Source of the DNA: Candidatus Pacearchaeota archaeon
GTDB taxonomy: Archaea > Nanobdellota > Nanobdellia > Pacearchaeales > GW2011-AR1
Length of the DNA stretch: 64,000 nucleotides
NCBI GenBank assembly: GCA_041649755.1
Contig: JBAZMK010000002.1
Span: 26,247-90,246 of the forward strand
Reading direction: 5' to 3'
In this document: piece after piece, positions 61,285 through 64,000 of the stretch
Layout of the letters: each line of letters starts with the position of its first letter
How positions within the stretch are numbered: the first letter of the stretch is position 1
Translations under genes and position numbers: made by a program
The notes under the pieces: generated by a model
The model's database searches: none
What the model was told of the DNA's origin: nothing
What the model saw: the letters and a program-made list of their open reading frames with translations, nothing else

Positions 61285-64000
61285 CTAACCTTCTCTATTT
61301 TTCAAAATCTCACATCCACCTGCTAAATCTTTTCCCCTAAACGAAGATAAAGTCACGCCCTCCCCTAACTCTGGCAACTTCGTAACCTGTGTTGTTATCT
61401 TATAATAAACATTTTTATCAAAAGAATACTCCCACCCCTCATTACCATATCTTATATAAATAGTTCTCGAACTGCTTAAAACAAATTCAAAATTCTGATT
61501 CTCCCTACACTCAAATTCGTCCACGCTCACAGATTTAACATAGCACTCTCCCTCTAAGCATTCCTGACCTTCTGCACAGTGTTCATTTACTAAACACACA
61601 ACACACTTTTTCTCCTCAGAACAATAACCTATCCCACAATCTTCATCTACCTCGCACTCAGTTAAATTCCTCTGAACAACCCCTACATCAGGAGTACTTC
61701 CCTCCAACTTAGACATAACGATCATTCTGTAAACACTTAACTTTAAAGCCAAAGCCTCAGCCTTATTGGCATTCGTTCCAGCACCGCCAGTCTCTCCAGT
61801 AATCCCAATAACCTTATCTAACTCATTAAAAATCTTTGTAATATTACCCTCTGAACTGCCTTTTCTTAGAACATCCTCATCTAAATTTTTTATATCCGTT
61901 CGCGCTTTTGACAAAATACTCTCTACTTCTTCTTGAGTAGCCAATTCTCCTTCCAATAGTTCGCTATTCTCTTCAATGAGGGATATAGAAGTACCTTCCA
62001 CAGACTCTATATCCTCTAAACTATCTTCTACACTACTTATATCAAGCCAACACCTTGTATTAACTTCCCCACAATAACCGACATCTTTCCACCTAGTTGA
62101 GTCTACACTAACTCCTGGATTCACCGAAGCACAAACTCTTACAATCCCCTTCAAGGCAATCTCCGAATCAACTGTATCCTCAACTCCTGACTGCAAGTTA
62201 AGATTAGCCATAGATAAAACAGAAGGACTGCCAGAAATACACTCTTTCTCTGTCGTTATCCCCTCTTTTTCAGCCTGTTCCTCAACATACTTATCTGCAA
62301 GGTAATTAATCCCAAGGTCTGTACTAACCTGACCAAACCCGCACCACTCCTCCGCGTCAATCACAACACAAAGCTCTTTATAGCCGGAAGGGGCTGTAAA
62401 GTCAATAGACTCATCGGCAGAATTACCCAAAGCAACAAACCCAGTCTTAACATTAATTATCGGCGAAGAAGCATAATAACTGCTCGCAGGGGGATTCTTC
62501 AAATAAACCCTGTACTGAACCCCCTTATCTTTCCCTGCATAAATATGATAGTAAACCTTATACTGAGAAGTTGACGGAACCGTCGCCTCGCTAAATAACA
62601 CTTCAGAAAACTGAGCATAAAATTGTGATGGACTCTCTGGCTCAAGCAGACTCTCTATTCCCTCAGCAGAAGAAGGGAAGCTCGTACCAATAAATGCCTT
62701 GCAAACTTCACTTCCAGCCTCATCAATACTTCTTATCTGAAACGCCTTAAAAGCATTAGGAGCATAAGTATTTTGAAAATAATCTACACTCTTCTGAAGA
62801 TTATCCCACGCATTCTGAACGAGGAGATACTCTCCGCCACCCCTAACTCCTGACGAACCCCCATAAAGATTCGCAATTAACTTAGGAACTAAAATATCCA
62901 TAACTGGAGAAAACTGCCTCCAAAAGAACTCACACATATAAATCGCAGTTATTTCATCACATATCCCCACATGCTCGCCAGTCTCAAGACTCCACTGAAG
63001 ACAATCCCTTTCAGACTCAAGTATAGAAACGAAAGCATCAATACCCGCCACAACACCACTTACACAAATAGGAACAATAACCCCCTCTTGAAAATTGGGA
63101 AGACACAAAATCAAACTTCCGATAATCCCTGTCTGAATAACATCACTCACAGGCATTTTACCTCCTAAATCACATCTGGAAGCAGGGCAGATAACAGGGT
63201 CACATACATTAAACAAAATCTTACAATCCTGAGGACTCATAAAATCCTGACATTCAAAGCCCGTAACAGCACTCATTGGACTCCCCACATCAATCTTTTG
63301 ATTAAGAATCGTAACAACTTTTTGGTCTTTCTGTGCAGAGGCCTGCCTTATCGCCTCCCGAGCATTATTATATAAATTCTTAACTTCAGTAGAAGTCAAG
63401 GAAGGACAAGGGATAAATTTATCTACACTTCCTGCACTATTAATGTCAAAAGTCTGACACAAATCGTCACTCAAACCACTCTCCATCTTCCTATTAGACC
63501 CAATATTGCAAATCTTAAAATAACTAACATCTCCCGAAGCAGTATATCCTTGCACAGAAGTATCTAAAAAAGTCCCTCCAGAATTCGGAACCATAACATA
63601 CCAGCCGTTTTTCAAATCAAAAGGAACAATCCCAGGCAGACCTTTCACATTGCCAGATTCATAATAACTTATCTTTGCAGTCCCCTCAGGCCAGGAATTA
63701 GAACAACTCCCAGAACCTTCCTGCGAAAAAACATACTTTTCAAAAGTCTTTCTTTCAGTGTCAGTCTTATCAACCCAACCACTCCCCTCTCTTAAATAAA
63801 TCTTCTCTGCATACATATTGCTCCCTGCTAAATCCTCTTTCAACTTCAAAAGATACATCCTTCCATCAAGATTCAAAAATTGAATTTTATCACCCCTATT
63901 CAACCCACTAACACTTCCTGCTAACTGAGAATTAGCAATATCCTTTCCCCAACGCAAAGTCCTCACTTCCTTGCTCGTAACTGACTGAACGCTCGGGCTA
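61285..64000 (-). CDS. Large Cys-rich putative secreted/surface protein (N-terminus beyond window)
   Basis: More than 900 aa, with the frame open to the window edge. It has many Cys pairs and C-terminal CxxC/Cx2-5C clusters ('CEVDEDCGIGYCSEEKKCVVCLVNEHCAEGQECLEGECY'). It is low in Lys and rich in G/S/T/D, with higher GC than the flanks. No recognisable enzyme motif was found. Confidence 0.6.
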   Translation of the reverse strand, partial: SPSVQSVTSKEVRTLRWGKDIANSQLAGSVSGLNRGDKIQFLNLDGRMYLLKLKEDLAGSNMYAEKIYLREGSGWVDKTDTERKTFEKYVFSQEGSGSCSNSWPEGTAKISYYESGNVKGLPGIVPFDLKNGWYVMVPNSGGTFLDTSVQGYTASGDVSYFKICNIGSNRKMESGLSDDLCQTFDINSAGSVDKFIPCPSLTSTEVKNLYNNAREAIRQASAQKDQKVVTILNQKIDVGSPMSAVTGFECQDFMSPQDCKILFNVCDPVICPASRCDLGGKMPVSDVIQTGIIGSLILCLPNFQEGVIVPICVSGVVAGIDAFVSILESERDCLQWSLETGEHVGICDEITAIYMCEFFWRQFSPVMDILVPKLIANLYGGSSGVRGGGEYLLVQNAWDNLQKSVDYFQNTYAPNAFKAFQIRSIDEAGSEVCKAFIGTSFPSSAEGIESLLEPESPSQFYAQFSEVLFSEATVPSTSQYKVYYHIYAGKDKGVQYRVYLKNPPASSYYASSPIINVKTGFVALGNSADESIDFTAPSGYKELCVVIDAEEWCGFGQVSTDLGINYLADKYVEEQAEKEGITTEKECISGSPSVLSMANLNLQSGVEDTVDSEIALKGIVRVCASVNPGVSVDSTRWKDVGYCGEVNTRCWLDISSVEDSLEDIESVEGTSISLIEENSELLEGELATQEEVESILSKARTDIKNLDEDVLRKGSSEGNITKIFNELDKVIGITGETGGAGTNANKAEALALKLSVYRMIVMSKLEGSTPDVGVVQRNLTECEVDEDCGIGYCSEEKKCVVCLVNEHCAEGQECLEGECYVKSVSVDEFECRENQNFEFVLSSSRTIYIRYGNEGWEYSFDKNVYYKITTQVTKLPELGEGVTLSSFRGKDLAGGCEILKNREG

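Noticed and set aside
1-64000. Search for CRISPR arrays, rRNA genes, transposases and integrases
   Set aside because: No regularly spaced direct repeats, no rRNA-like GC-rich blocks and no DDE or tyrosine-recombinase motifs were recognised. The only repeat of note is the tRNA-Gly 3' duplication.

Overview
This window is a compact, AT-rich, lysine-rich archaeal chromosome segment, probably from a DPANN-type archaeon. Assignment is by recognised protein motifs only. No searches were run. Genes are tightly packed on both strands with many 4-nt ATGA start/stop overlaps. Archaeal hallmark genes include TBP, TFB, Alba, S17e, L30e, the operon rpoH-rpoB-rpoA-rpl30e-nusA, EndA, diphthine synthase, ABCE1 and RNase P Rpp30. 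The rpoA gene appears to encode A' and A'' fused into one ORF. Five GC-rich tRNA genes are present (Trp, Lys, Thr, Gly, Leu), each with a TATA-like box about 25-30 nt upstream. Housekeeping content includes the aminoacyl-tRNA synthetases PheST, ArgRS and IleRS. A glycolysis/carbohydrate cluster comprises a bacterial-type GAPDH, PGK, a PfkB kinase, class I FBP aldolase, TIM, a GT4 glycosyltransferase, a PIG-L-like deacetylase and an (alpha/alpha)6 glycoside hydrolase. A bacterial-style dNTP cluster runs thyX-like, tmk, nrdR, nrdD, nrdG, with NrdR-box-like palindromes upstream of nrdR. Features worth a second look are listed below. The NrdD glycyl-radical tail lies in the +1 frame as a separate 42-codon ORF with its own Shine-Dalgarno. 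The 23-nt 3' end of tRNA-Gly is duplicated 46 nt downstream, which looks like an integration footprint. A GC-rich 135-nt candidate structured RNA follows argS. A UPF0175/PIN (COG2405) toxin-antitoxin-like pair lies next to tRNA-Trp. One protein carries only the FlaI/GspE N-domain. An MthK-like RCK channel lacks the GYG selectivity filter and a canonical start codon. A partial Cys-rich surface protein of more than 900 aa has atypical composition. No CRISPR array, rRNA gene or recognisable transposase/integrase was found.
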